64,000 nucleotides of DNA from Candidatus Aenigmatarchaeota archaeon (GCA_025057985.1 JANXEV010000001.1:11131-75130), one strand, 5' to 3'. Shown: positions 29,147-38,483, counted from the first letter of the stretch. Notes: generated by a model from the sequence alone, not told the origin. Numbers and translations: made by a program.

Positions 29147-29602
29147 CTATTTCATCAACGCCCTTAAAATATCACTTCTCGATATCACACCAACCAACTT
29201 ATTATTTTCATCTATAACCGGCAATCTCTTAACGTCCTTTTCACACATTATTCTCACAGCATCTTCTATGGTGTCGTCTGGCCTTACAAAAAAAAGTTTC
29301 TTACTCATCACATCCTTAACCTTTAATTTAGCCACTTTCTTCGCATGTACAAAAGATTCTATTCCTTTTTTTATTAAAAGAAGTAGAGATATAGAAACGT
29401 TTGGAGTAACTAAAATTTCTGGAAATGGCGATTTCAAAGCTTCTATTATGTCGGTTTCGCTAATCACACCAACGACTTTTTCTCCTTCTAGGACTATTAG
29501 GCCAGAAATGTTATTTTCTACCATTAATTTCACTGCAGTAGAAATGTCGTCGTTCTGAGAAACCGTTATAACTTTTGTGGTCATACACTCTTTAACTAAC
29601 AT
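29147..29602 (-). CDS. CBS-domain pair protein
   Basis: Two CBS repeats are present (ISGLIVLEG.KVVGVISETDI and VKRLPVIDENNKLVGVISRSDI). It is 151 aa. Confidence 0.7.
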   Translation of the reverse strand: MLVKECMTTKVITVSQNDDISTAVKLMVENNISGLIVLEGEKVVGVISETDIIEALKSPFPEILVTPNVSISLLLLIKKGIESFVHAKKVAKLKVKDVMSKKLFFVRPDDTIEDAVRIMCEKDVKRLPVIDENNKLVGVISRSDILRALMK

Positions 29603-29633
29603 TTTAAATTTTTAGAATAAAAAAATAAACGAA

Positions 29634-29762
29634 TTAAAGAAATTCTGTGTAGTGACATTTACCACAATACCATCTAGTTCTATGATTGGCCATTATGCTA
29701 GAACATCTTGGGCATCTTTTATTGTTTAGACTCTTGCCTATTTTTGTCTGACTGTGTTTCAA
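29634..29762 (-). CDS. ribosomal protein S27ae (eS31) zinc-ribbon protein, non-AUG (TTG) start, overlapping the 3' end of the S24e gene
   Basis: It translates as (L/M)[41 protein letters not shown], which matches the archaeal S27ae C4 ribbon (ECPRCGSGVFMA.H..R.YCGKCGYTE). There is no in-frame ATG upstream of the ribbon. Confidence 0.5.
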   Translation of the reverse strand: MKHSQTKIGKSLNNKRCPRCSSIMANHRTRWYCGKCHYTEFL

Positions 29763-30003
29763 CTTTATTCACCTCTCTTTTTTCATCGTAGATGTTTACT
29801 CTTACTATACTTTCAGGAACGCCGACCTTAGATATCACATACCTTATATCTATCTGAGAATCATCTACGTTGTATTTTTCTTTTAGAAGATTTTTTACAG
29901 CTTCCTTAGATGGAGTAGGAGAATTAGGATGTGTGATTAGAATGTCCAACTCTCTCCTCTTAAAAAATGGATTATATTTCTCTTTCAATATTTTGTGCTC
30001 CAT
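29719..30003 (-). CDS. ribosomal protein S24e (eS24)
   Basis: It is 94 aa (NPLLKRREL...H...TPS..E) and sits in the conserved Spt4-S24e-S27ae neighbourhood. Confidence 0.8.
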   Translation of the reverse strand: MEHKILKEKYNPFFKRRELDILITHPNSPTPSKEAVKNLLKEKYNVDDSQIDIRYVISKVGVPESIVRVNIYDEKREVNKVETQSDKNRQESKQ

Positions 30004-30007
30004 GTTC

Positions 30008-30202
30008 TCACCCTACGTAGAGCGCGTACTTTCCAGGTTTATTTATGTTTGACGTTTTTGCTAACTGACTTTCTATATCCAAAACCACTATAACACCCTT
30101 CCAACTCGGACTTAAATTACTAGAACCACAATTGGGACATTTTTTTTCAGTCGTCAAATATTTGCAACTTCTACAAGCCTGTGTTTTTTTAATAATAATC
30201 AC
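30008..30202 (-). CDS. spt4: Spt4 / RNA polymerase subunit E''
   Basis: A 64-aa C4 zinc ribbon (CRSC...CPNCGS) lies immediately downstream of rpoE', the canonical position. Confidence 0.75.
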   Translation of the reverse strand: MIIIKKTQACRSCKYLTTEKKCPNCGSSNLSPSWKGVIVVLDIESQLAKTSNINKPGKYALYVG

Positions 30203-30741
30203 CTTTTCTTAAGCCAAGCCAAAGAACCTAAACCAGTTTGTCTCATCGTCAGTCCAATTTTGTTTTGTTCTTTCCAAGAAATCGAAATTACTCTAGCCAA
30301 AACCTTGTCACCAATTTTCAACGTTTTTTTAGTCTGCTTACCTAAAAATACTGAGTTTTTCTTATCAAACGACACATAATCATCCATAAGTTGTGATATG
30401 TGTACTAGACCATCTATTGGGCCTATTCTAACGAAAGCACCAAAATCGGTATTATCAACTATTTCACCTATCACTAACTCATTCAATTCTGGTTTGAAAG
30501 CCAACATCTTAAAAGTCACCATATAATAAACATTCGGATCTGCTGGGTATATTTTTCCTTCTTCTATGTTTTCTATCGAAACAAGAGAAAGTAAGACCAT
30601 ACCAGATTTTGAATCTAGAACCGACTCGTAATTTTCTCTTATAGTTTTCTCTATCGCTTCTTCTTCATCCAAACCCATTTTTTCAGGTGGGACTTTAATT
30701 CTTTCTCTCAAAGTTACTATTTTGTACATACTATCGCCCAA
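30199..30741 (-). CDS. rpoE: DNA-directed RNA polymerase subunit E' (Rpb7 homologue, S1 domain)
   Basis: An N-terminal Rpb7-like domain plus a C-terminal S1 fold (GEIVDNTDFGAFVRIGPIDGLVHISQL) are present. It is 180 aa. Confidence 0.85.
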   Translation of the reverse strand: MGDSMYKIVTLRERIKVPPEKMGLDEEEAIEKTIRENYESVLDSKSGMVLLSLVSIENIEEGKIYPADPNVYYMVTFKMLAFKPELNELVIGEIVDNTDFGAFVRIGPIDGLVHISQLMDDYVSFDKKNSVFLGKQTKKTLKIGDKVLARVISISWKEQNKIGLTMRQTGLGSLAWLKKR

Positions 30742-31258
30742 ATTTCTTCTTATACTCTTCCTTTGCTTTTTTTACTATTTCTCTAGCTTTTTCCACACTT
30801 TTCCATTCTTTGAATTTCACAAACTTTCCAGGCTCAAGTCTTTTATAACTCTCGAAAAAATCTTGAATTTCTTTCTTAAAATGCTCTCCTAGGTCTTCTA
30901 TGGATTTCACGTGTTTAAACCTAGGATCTTTTATAGGAACTGCTACTATTTTGTCGTCTATACCTTTTTCATCTTCCATTATTATAGCACCTATCGGTCT
31001 AGCTTTCACTAAACATCCAGGAAAAGTTGGATATGTTGTCAGCAAAACAACATCAACTGGGTCTTCGTCTTCATGCCAAGTTCTTGGGATAAAACCATAG
31101 TCGAAAGGCCAAAACAAAGGAGAATATAAAACTCTATCGAGAGAAAAAATGCCTTTTTCCTTGTCGTACTCTATTTTATTCGAGCTCCCTTTAACGTTTT
31201 CTACTACCACATAGAATTCCTCTTCTGTTCCGCATTCAATATCATGCATCAGATTCAT
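30731..31258 (-). CDS. ppa: inorganic pyrophosphatase (family I)
   Basis: Family I motifs D-x-DP-x-D (DEDPVDVVLL), DDKIVAV and YGFIPRT are present. It is 175 aa. Confidence 0.9.
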   Translation of the reverse strand: MNLMHDIECGTEEEFYVVVENVKGSSNKIEYDKEKGIFSLDRVLYSPLFWPFDYGFIPRTWHEDEDPVDVVLLTTYPTFPGCLVKARPIGAIIMEDEKGIDDKIVAVPIKDPRFKHVKSIEDLGEHFKKEIQDFFESYKRLEPGKFVKFKEWKSVEKAREIVKKAKEEYKKKFGR

Positions 31259-31632
31259 TCCACCACCTCTATTCTTTTTTTATATTTTAAACAAATAGTT
31301 TTTATATTGTTGATTTTTAATTTTTTCCTTAAATCTTTATCGTTAGTTGCGACAATAAAGTTTTTATTTTTAGCCAACTCGATTAAATCTTCATCTACTC
31401 TATCTTTCATGCTATCGACTACTTTTATCCCATCGTTTTCTATCATCTTCAACGCGACCAAGGCCAACCTACCTTCTTTAGTCTTTTTATTAGAAATAGA
31501 TTTCAGCTCGTTTATCGTAGAGGAAGAAACAAAAAACTCGATCTTTTCATCTGGATAAAAATCCTCGAAATTTATTTTAAATCTAATCATGTCGAGAAGA
31601 AAATTTGTATCTAACAATATCTTTACTGCCAT
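31255..31632 (-). CDS. PIN-domain protein, Fcf1/Utp24-like (rRNA-processing nuclease candidate)
   Basis: PIN acidic residues are present (ILLDTNFLLD ... IVATNDKDL). It is about 125 aa from the internal Met MAVKILLD; the ORF-track start at 31695 adds 21 non-homologous residues. Confidence 0.55.
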   Translation of the reverse strand: MAVKILLDTNFLLDMIRFKINFEDFYPDEKIEFFVSSSTINELKSISNKKTKEGRLALVALKMIENDGIKVVDSMKDRVDEDLIELAKNKNFIVATNDKDLRKKLKINNIKTICLKYKKRIEVVE

Positions 31633-31667
31633 TAACTCTTTTAAATACAAAAAATTAAAAACTCTAT

Positions 31668-32045
31668 ATGAAAGGAGTGAGTGATGTAATTGCAATGCTT
31701 TTGATGCTAGTTATAACAATTGGTATAGTTGGGTTAGCATATTCATACATATCCGGTATATTTGTAACAAGAACGGCAGTGGTTTTAAGTGTTGATCAAG
31801 CTACAAACTGTCTGGGTAACACTGTCAATGTGTTTGTAAGAAACGACGGGACACAAACGAGTGGGGCTGTCAGTGTGGTTGTGTATAATGCTACAATGGT
31901 AACTGGTACTTGTACCATACCATCAATAACAGCTGGTAACCTATCTTCTTGCTCGACGACAAAAGTTGGTGGACCAGGATACTACAGAATAGTTGTATCT
32001 ACTACAGGGTCTTCAGCCTCTGGACAAGTACACTGTGTGTCATAA
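31668..32045 (+). CDS. archaeal type IV pilin-like protein (class III signal peptide)
   Basis: The N-terminus is MKG|VSDVIAMLLMLVITIGIVGLA. The 125-aa mature part is Thr/Ser/Gly/Val-rich with 4 Cys, and its architecture matches 26889..27317. Confidence 0.5.
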   Translation: MKGVSDVIAMLLMLVITIGIVGLAYSYISGIFVTRTAVVLSVDQATNCLGNTVNVFVRNDGTQTSGAVSVVVYNATMVTGTCTIPSITAGNLSSCSTTKVGGPGYYRIVVSTTGSSASGQVHCVS

Positions 32046-33260
32046 GATTCCGTAACCAGCTAATCTCCATCTACCAGCTATATGTCTAGAAATAACTAAT
32101 CTCTTTTCTTTTTTTCCCAAAACCAATGGTATAGAAAGTGAACAAACTAGTCTTTCTTTTTTAACCTCTTTAACTATACCTATTGTTCTTTGATTCTCAT
32201 AATGAAGTAAAATCTTCTCACCGATTTTAAAAGGTGTGTCAAAAACTTTTGCCTCTTTAAATTTCACTGCTCTTTCTATCGAGAAAAATTGAAAAGATAT
32301 CTCATTAACAAGTGGTGGTAACGAATTTTCTAATCCAACAACATTCCCCACAAGCCCGTCTGATTTTGTTAAAGAAGGGTCTAACTTGGTCAACATTCCG
32401 AGTAAACCACCGGGACCTGCTTCACTAATGTCGAACCCCGCCTTCTTTAAACCAACGATCTCAGTTTTCAATGGAAAAAACTTCTCTCCAACCTTCACAC
32501 CGGGTTTTATCTCTATTTTGTCGCCTATTCTAAGTTTTCCCTCGACTATGCTTCCACCAAGTATACCGCCTACAATCTTATCTATTTGACTACCAGGTTT
32601 ATTCACGTCGAAACTTCTTATGACCAAAAATCTTGGATCGGTTTTTTCTTCCCTTTTTGGAGTTGGTATAAACTTTTCTATTGCCTCTATCACTTTGTCT
32701 ATGTTTATTTTTTGAGTAGAAGACACAGGAATTATTGGTGCCCCGTCGGCTACTGTTCCACTTATGAATTTTTTAATTTCCTCGTAGTTTTTCATTGCTT
32801 CTTCTCTCGTAACTAAATCGATTTTCGTTTGAACTATAACTATGTTTTTGATTCCGACTATTTCCAATGCTTTTAAATGTTCCAGAGTTTGCGGTTGTGG
32901 GCATTCTTCGTTTGCGGCTATAACCAAAAGCGCACCATCTATAATTGAACTCCCCGTCAAAACCGTAGCCATCAGTATTTCATGTCCGGGAGCGTCAACA
33001 AAACTTACAGTTCTTTGTAATTCAGAATCAGAGAAGCAAAAAACACATTTACTAGAATTCCCATATCTACCGCAACTTCTACATCTATAAACATGTAAAT
33101 CCGCATAGCCCAACTTAATCGTTATCCCTCTTTTTAACTCTTCAGAATGTTGTAAGGTCAATTTTCCTGTTAAAGCCTGTGTCAAACTAGTCTTTCCGTG
33201 ACTAACGTGGCCTAAAATTCCTATATTAACCTCTGGTATCAATCTATGATCTATTTCCAT
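32040..33260 (-). CDS. translation initiation factor 2 gamma subunit (aIF2-gamma)
   Basis: GTPase G1 GHVSHGKTSL, a zinc ribbon CRSCGRYG...CVFC, and G3 DAPGH are present. It is 406 aa. Confidence 0.9.
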   Translation of the reverse strand: MEIDHRLIPEVNIGILGHVSHGKTSLTQALTGKLTLQHSEELKRGITIKLGYADLHVYRCRSCGRYGNSSKCVFCFSDSELQRTVSFVDAPGHEILMATVLTGSSIIDGALLVIAANEECPQPQTLEHLKALEIVGIKNIVIVQTKIDLVTREEAMKNYEEIKKFISGTVADGAPIIPVSSTQKINIDKVIEAIEKFIPTPKREEKTDPRFLVIRSFDVNKPGSQIDKIVGGILGGSIVEGKLRIGDKIEIKPGVKVGEKFFPLKTEIVGLKKAGFDISEAGPGGLLGMLTKLDPSLTKSDGLVGNVVGLENSLPPLVNEISFQFFSIERAVKFKEAKVFDTPFKIGEKILLHYENQRTIGIVKEVKKERLVCSLSIPLVLGKKEKRLVISRHIAGRWRLAGYGIL

Positions 33261-33315
33261 CTATTTAATTGAGTGTTTTCAATAAAAATTAATTTCTATT
33301 GGATAAAAAAAGATA

Positions 33316-34794
33316 ATGGAAGGGGAAAGTTTACGTCAGATAATGGAAGAGAGATTGAAAAAGTTGCAAAAATTGAAAGAAATGGGGTTAGACCCTTTTT
33401 CTATCACTAAGTTTGAAAAAAGGGACGATATAGAATCTATAAGAAAAAAATATGAAAATATCAAGGTTGACGAAAAAATAGAAGAAGTAGAAATATCGAC
33501 AGCTGGGAGAATTTTGAACATAAGAAAACACGGTAAACTAGCTTTTGCTGACCTCTTTGATGGGAAAAAAATTCAAATTCTATTTGACGAATCAACGTTA
33601 AAAGAAAATTACAAAATTTTTATCGAACTCGTAGACATAGGTGATATAATTGGTGTGAAAGGTTTTCCGTTTAAAACAAAGAAAGGTGAGCTAACGATCT
33701 GGGTCAAGGAATTTCAATTACTGGCAAAATCTCTGAGACCGCTGCCTTCTAAATGGTATGGTTTGAAGGATGAGGATTTGAGATATAGAATGCGTTATGT
33801 CGACTTGATCGTCAACGAAAAATCGAGAGAAATTCTTCTAACCAGAGCAAAAATTGTAAAAAGCATGAGGGAGTTTTTAGAAAAGAAAGGATTTGTAGAA
33901 ATAGAAACACCAATTTTGCAACCAATATATGGTGGTGCTTTCGCTAGACCGTTCATAACACATCACAATTCTTTAGACATGGATTTGTACCTAAGGATTT
34001 CAGATGAACTTTATTTGAAAAGACTAATTGTCGGTGGTATAGAAAAGGTATACGAAATCGGTAGAAATTTCAGAAACGAAGGAATAGACACTAAACATAA
34101 CCCAGAATTCACTATGATGGAATGTTATTGGGCCTATGCTGATTATAAAGATATAATGAAATTGACTGAAGAAATGATAGCATACATCGCTGAGAACTCA
34201 ATCGGAAAGTTAGAAATAGAATATGGTGGACATAAGATAAACCTTAGACCACCTTGGAGAAAAATAAAAATGAGAGACTGTATAAAAGAAGAAGGTATAG
34301 ACGTGGAAAGCTTGAGTAGAGAAGATTTAATCAGAATTGCAAAAGAAAGGAGATTGGAAGTAAACGAAAACCTCACAAAGGGTGATTTAATAAATTTATT
34401 CTTTGAAGAATTGGTACAGCCAAAATTAATTCAACCTACTTTTGTTATGGACTACCCCCTTGAAATTTCTCCTCTGGCAAAAAGAAAAAAAGACGATCCA
34501 AATTTTGTTGAAAGATTTGAATGCTTCATAGCTGGAATGGAAATTGCGAACGCATTCAGCGAATTAAACGATCCGTTAGACCAAAAGGAGAGATTTATAC
34601 AACAATCAAAAAGAAGAAGAGAAGGATTGGAGTTTCATGAATATGATGAAGATTTTATTAGAGCTTTAGAGTATGGTATGCCTCCGACAGGTGGGCTTGG
34701 AGTAGGGATCGACAGACTAGTGATGATTTTAACGAATTCGCACTCTATAAGAGAAGTTATAGCTTTTCCAACGTTAAGACCAGAGAAAAAATAA
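33316..34794 (+). CDS. lysS: lysyl-tRNA synthetase, class II
   Basis: An N-terminal OB anticodon-binding domain is followed by class II motifs 2 (FRNEG) and 3 (GGLGVGIDRLVM). It is 492 aa. Confidence 0.9.
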   Translation: MEGESLRQIMEERLKKLQKLKEMGLDPFSITKFEKRDDIESIRKKYENIKVDEKIEEVEISTAGRILNIRKHGKLAFADLFDGKKIQILFDESTLKENYKIFIELVDIGDIIGVKGFPFKTKKGELTIWVKEFQLLAKSLRPLPSKWYGLKDEDLRYRMRYVDLIVNEKSREILLTRAKIVKSMREFLEKKGFVEIETPILQPIYGGAFARPFITHHNSLDMDLYLRISDELYLKRLIVGGIEKVYEIGRNFRNEGIDTKHNPEFTMMECYWAYADYKDIMKLTEEMIAYIAENSIGKLEIEYGGHKINLRPPWRKIKMRDCIKEEGIDVESLSREDLIRIAKERRLEVNENLTKGDLINLFFEELVQPKLIQPTFVMDYPLEISPLAKRKKDDPNFVERFECFIAGMEIANAFSELNDPLDQKERFIQQSKRRREGLEFHEYDEDFIRALEYGMPPTGGLGVGIDRLVMILTNSHSIREVIAFPTLRPEKK

Positions 34795-34823
34795 TAAAGA
34801 AGTTATGTAAATCTTTATTACTA

Positions 34824-35843
34824 TTGTTTTTGAAGTTTAATATGAGTGTATTTAAACAAGAAGAGGTCCTATACCCAGAATATCTGCCATCTAGTTTACC
34901 ACATAGAGAAAATCAAATAAAATTATTGACAAGTCACTTAGAATTGTTGGCGAAAAATTATAGACCACCTAACGTCTTTATATTTGGTCCGCCTGGGGTT
35001 GGAAAAACGGCCGTAGTCAAATTTGTTCTCAAAGAATTCGAAAATTACTCAGGTATAAAGTCGATTTATTTAAACTGCTGGCAGTTCAACACGAGTTTTT
35101 CTATCCTCTCCGAAATTTTAAGATCATTTGAAATATTTGCACCCAGAAGAGGTGTGGCAAAAGATGAACTTTTCTTTAAAATGGTTGAGTATTTAGATAA
35201 AAGTAAGTTAAATTTGGTTTTGGCTCTTGACGAAGTCGATATGTTAATAAAAAAAGACCAAGATGTGTTGTACGATTTTTTGAGGATAAACTCATACACT
35301 AGACAAAAAATATTACTTATCTTGATATCAAATGACAAGTACTTGTTGAGATTTTTAGAAGAAAGGATCAGAAGCAGTTTGAACGTAGAAGAAATAGAAT
35401 TCAAACCATACACCTTTTTGGAAATGAAAAACATAGTGGAAGAGAGGATGAGATTAGCTTTCAAAAGTTTTGAAAATGGAATCTCTGCCTTAGTAGCTAA
35501 TTATGCTGTAGAAAGAGGCGGTGACGTTAGAGTTGCTTTAAACATTCTACTAAAAGCAGGTAGACTAGCGAAAGAAAAACTGACGATTGAAGATGTGAAA
35601 AACGTGATAAAAGATGGACTGAAAATCGATGAAATTTTTAGCAAAGTCTTGGATGAAAGAGAAAATTTAGTCTTGAACGTGTTCAGCCAACCAAAGGTTA
35701 TAAGTGTGGCATATGAAGAGATTAAAGATAGGTTGAAAGTGAGCGAAAGAACGTTTAGGAGAATTATCGATTCTTTAATAAAAAAGAATCTTTTGAAAGT
35801 CATTGGGTATGAAAAAAAGAAAATGATCTTATCAAAAATTTAG
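34824..35843 (+). CDS. cdc6: Orc1/Cdc6 replication initiator (AAA+ with C-terminal winged helix)
   Basis: Walker A GPPGVGKT, Walker B LDEVD, sensor and winged-helix regions are present. An alternative start at Met 34842 (MSVFKQEE) is equally plausible. Confidence 0.85.
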   Translation: MFLKFNMSVFKQEEVLYPEYLPSSLPHRENQIKLLTSHLELLAKNYRPPNVFIFGPPGVGKTAVVKFVLKEFENYSGIKSIYLNCWQFNTSFSILSEILRSFEIFAPRRGVAKDELFFKMVEYLDKSKLNLVLALDEVDMLIKKDQDVLYDFLRINSYTRQKILLILISNDKYLLRFLEERIRSSLNVEEIEFKPYTFLEMKNIVEERMRLAFKSFENGISALVANYAVERGGDVRVALNILLKAGRLAKEKLTIEDVKNVIKDGLKIDEIFSKVLDERENLVLNVFSQPKVISVAYEEIKDRLKVSERTFRRIIDSLIKKNLLKVIGYEKKKMILSKI

Positions 35844-35952
35844 CGGGGGGTGGATTTGAACCACCGACCTCCGGGTTATGAGCCCGGCGAGCACTCCAGG
35901 CTTAGAGGAGCTTAAGCGTAGCAGAAAACTTAAGCTCCTACTCTACCCCGCT
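35841..35952 (-). tRNA. initiator-type tRNA-Met (anticodon CAU, A1:U72) interrupted by a ~36-nt non-canonical intron in the D-loop
   Basis: The minus strand reads AGCGGGG-TA-GAGT-A[GGAGCTTAAGTTTTCTGCTACGCTTAAGCTCCTCTA]AGCCTGGAGT-GCTC-G-CCGGG-CTCATAA-CCCGG-AGGTC-GGTGG-TTCAAAT-CCACC-CCCCGCT-A. All arms pair only if the bracketed segment is excised, and exact exon borders are uncertain by 1-2 nt. The 3' end overlaps the cdc6 stop codon. Confidence 0.65.
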
Positions 35953-36007
35953 ATAGTATTAATAATTTCCTTGAGGCTATAAAAAATTTTGATTTGTAAA
36001 TATTTTT

Positions 36008-36826
36008 ATGCCAACCAACTTACCTAGAGAATGGTATATTGTAGAAGAGAGTTTTAGGAATGAAAAATCGTTAGAGAAAAAAATAGAATTGTTAAAACAG
36101 CTCATTTCTCTTACCCCTAAACATAAAGGTACGGAAAACCTGATAGCACAATTGAAAAAAAGACTGTCTAAACTTGAAAGCGAAATGGAAAGAAAGAGTA
36201 GAAAATGTGGTAGTAAAGTTATCAACATAGAGAAAAACGGAGACATACTTGTTTCTATTTTGGGTATGACGAAATCTGGGAAAAGTACTTTACTGAAAAA
36301 ATTGACTAATGCTGACGTAGAGATCAGTGATAAACCATTCACCACAAAAGAGCCGCAGACTGGAATTTGTTTCTATGAGGGTGTTTACATACAGTTCGTG
36401 GAAATTCCTTCATTTTTTTTAAAAGAACACTTAAGCATAGCACACAATTCGGATATTTTAATGATTTTAGTAAAAAACGAAGACGAGTTAAAAGAAATAG
36501 AAAAAATTTTGAAAGAAAATAGGCTTGAGAAGAAAAGAAAAATCTTAATCAACCCTTTAGAAGAAAACAAAGAGATTTTAAAAAAGATAATAGAGGAAAG
36601 TGAAATCGTTAGGGTATTTATGAAGCCACCTGGAAAAAATATAGAAGAAAGGGCCGTGGTGCTCAAGAGGGGTAGGAAAATAAAAGACCTTATAGAAAAA
36701 ATCAATGAAAACTGGTTAAAGAGTTTTAAGTTTGCAAGAGTTTACGATAACTCCATATTTTCTGGTAGGAGAGTTGGCTTGGAATATGAGTTAAAAGATG
36801 GGGACGTGGTAGAAATTCATTTTTAA
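36008..36826 (+). CDS. DRG/Obg-family GTPase-like protein with C-terminal TGS domain, shortened and with degenerate G3/G4 motifs
   Basis: G1 GMTKSGKST and G2 FTTKEPQTG align with DRG (G.P.VGKSTLL..LT...S....Y.FTT). The position of G3 DxPG reads EIPS and no NKxD is present. The C-terminal TGS fold (RVGLEYELKDGDVVEI) is intact. It is 272 aa, against about 365 for canonical DRG. Confidence 0.55.
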   Translation: MPTNLPREWYIVEESFRNEKSLEKKIELLKQLISLTPKHKGTENLIAQLKKRLSKLESEMERKSRKCGSKVINIEKNGDILVSILGMTKSGKSTLLKKLTNADVEISDKPFTTKEPQTGICFYEGVYIQFVEIPSFFLKEHLSIAHNSDILMILVKNEDELKEIEKILKENRLEKKRKILINPLEENKEILKKIIEESEIVRVFMKPPGKNIEERAVVLKRGRKIKDLIEKINENWLKSFKFARVYDNSIFSGRRVGLEYELKDGDVVEIHF

Positions 36827-36849
36827 TTATCAAGTACAATCATTAATTA

Positions 36850-37914
36850 ATGAAAGTGCAGGAAGTGATGAACCCAAAAGTTTTATGTATAAAAGAAGAT
36901 GAAACGATATCGCAGGCAGTAGAAAGAATGGTAAAAAATCGTTACCACCAACTTCCTGTAGTGAACGAAAAAATCGAGGGTATGATATTTTTAAAGGATA
37001 TAATAAAGGTGAAGTCGGACTTAACAAAAACTGGAGTAAAAAACATTGTAAGGTCTGTCCCTTACCTTGAAAAAAACCAAGACGTGGAGAAGGCTATAAA
37101 AATTTTAATAGAAAGTGGGGTAAGAGCGCTTCCTGTAGTTGAAAATGAAAAAATAGTAGGTATTTTAAGCGAAGTAGATATACTAGAAAAATATTTCGAA
37201 GAAAAATCCATTAGAGTAAAGGATGTCATGAACAAACCGATAGTTTTAGAAGAAAATTCTAGCTTGAGAAAGGCCATTAGAATTATGGAGAAAAACAACA
37301 TATCTTCCCTCCCGATAATAAATTGGGAAGAAAAACTTGTCGGTTGCATTAACATATTTTCATTTGCAGAACTGATAGCCAAGGAAAGAAGTAGAATACA
37401 GTCATTTAAATCCGCGAAAGAAAAAATCGATTTTTTTGATAATCCAGTCAAAAATTTCATTTTCCAGCCTAAAACTTGTGAAAAAGAAACTCCGATAAGT
37501 GAGATTAAAGATCTTTTCAGAAAGTACGAAGAAATAGTTGTTGTAGAAAACGAAAGGCCAATAGGAATAGTTAAACCTAGAGATATTTTATCGGTTTGGA
37601 GAACAGTAGAGCTTACGGAATTAGTTTGTATAGGAGCAAAAAAGGAAGAAGTCGAAAGTGTTTTAGGTAGATCGTTAGAAAAATGGAAAAGAATGGGAAT
37701 TGAGAAGGTAGTTTTAATGATAGAACAAATAGGTGTAAGAAAAAAATTTGAAGGTAAGATGAAAGTTGTTGGTAAAAACATAAATTTAATGGTATCCGCT
37801 GTCGAATATGATAAAATATTTTTGATAAGGAATTTGAAAGAGATGTTGGAGAGGAAAATAGTTGAAGAAAGAAATAAATCGATGACACTCAGAAGAAGAG
37901 TTGAAAAACCATGA
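36850..37914 (+). CDS. multi-CBS-domain protein (four CBS repeats) with an about 100-aa C-terminal extension
   Basis: CBS repeats occur near residues 10-60, 70-120, 130-180 and 230-280 (e.g. YHQLPVVNEKIEGMIFLKDI, VRALPVVENEKIVGILSEVDI). Confidence 0.6.
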   Translation: MKVQEVMNPKVLCIKEDETISQAVERMVKNRYHQLPVVNEKIEGMIFLKDIIKVKSDLTKTGVKNIVRSVPYLEKNQDVEKAIKILIESGVRALPVVENEKIVGILSEVDILEKYFEEKSIRVKDVMNKPIVLEENSSLRKAIRIMEKNNISSLPIINWEEKLVGCINIFSFAELIAKERSRIQSFKSAKEKIDFFDNPVKNFIFQPKTCEKETPISEIKDLFRKYEEIVVVENERPIGIVKPRDILSVWRTVELTELVCIGAKKEEVESVLGRSLEKWKRMGIEKVVLMIEQIGVRKKFEGKMKVVGKNINLMVSAVEYDKIFLIRNLKEMLERKIVEERNKSMTLRRRVEKP

Positions 37915-38483
37915 AAATCACTTTGTATTTAATTTTGATGATGGTTTTCATTTTCTTTTTACAGAATATACCTGGTTTTTTTGAAAGCTTATCCTTCATA
38001 CCCTCACAAGCTTTAGCAAAACCTTGGATGTTTATAACTTCAATATTTCTACATGCAGACTACATTCATCTATTTTATAATATGTTTGCCTTGTTTTTCT
38101 TCGGCACATACTTAGAAAACATAGTTGGAGTAAAAAACTACATCAAAATTTTCTTAATTTCAGGTCTAGCTGGTAACATTCTTTTTTTCTTTACGACTCA
38201 CGACCCAAAAATTCCAGCAGTAGGTGCATCTGGAGCAATCTTCGGGATAATAGGTGCGCTAACTGCTCTGAGACCATATGAAATTATTTATTTTTTCTTT
38301 ATACCAATGCCTTTGGTAGTTGCAGCTTTTCTGTGGGCAATCGGTTCGTTGATAGGAATGCTCTTCCCTAGTAGCATTGCACATTCTGCACATTTAGCTG
38401 GATTAATCGCCGGGTTTTTGTATGCTAGATGGTTAAAAAAGATATATTCGAAAAAATATACGAGAAGAATTATTTGGTATTAG
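37911..38483 (+). CDS. rhomboid-family intramembrane serine protease
   Basis: Six TM helices, a catalytic GASGAIFG (GxSG) in TM4 and AHSAHLAGLIAG (catalytic His) in TM6 are present. It has an ATGA overlap with the upstream gene. Confidence 0.7.
   Translation: MKITLYLILMMVFIFFLQNIPGFFESLSFIPSQALAKPWMFITSIFLHADYIHLFYNMFALFFFGTYLENIVGVKNYIKIFLISGLAGNILFFFTTHDPKIPAVGASGAIFGIIGALTALRPYEIIYFFFIPMPLVVAAFLWAIGSLIGMLFPSSIAHSAHLAGLIAGFLYARWLKKIYSKKYTRRIIWY

Noticed and set aside
31255-31695. PIN protein as a VapC toxin of a toxin-antitoxin pair
   Set aside because: No small antitoxin gene lies adjacent. The position next to rpoE'-spt4-S24e matches the conserved archaeal Fcf1-like PIN housekeeping gene rather than a mobile TA module.
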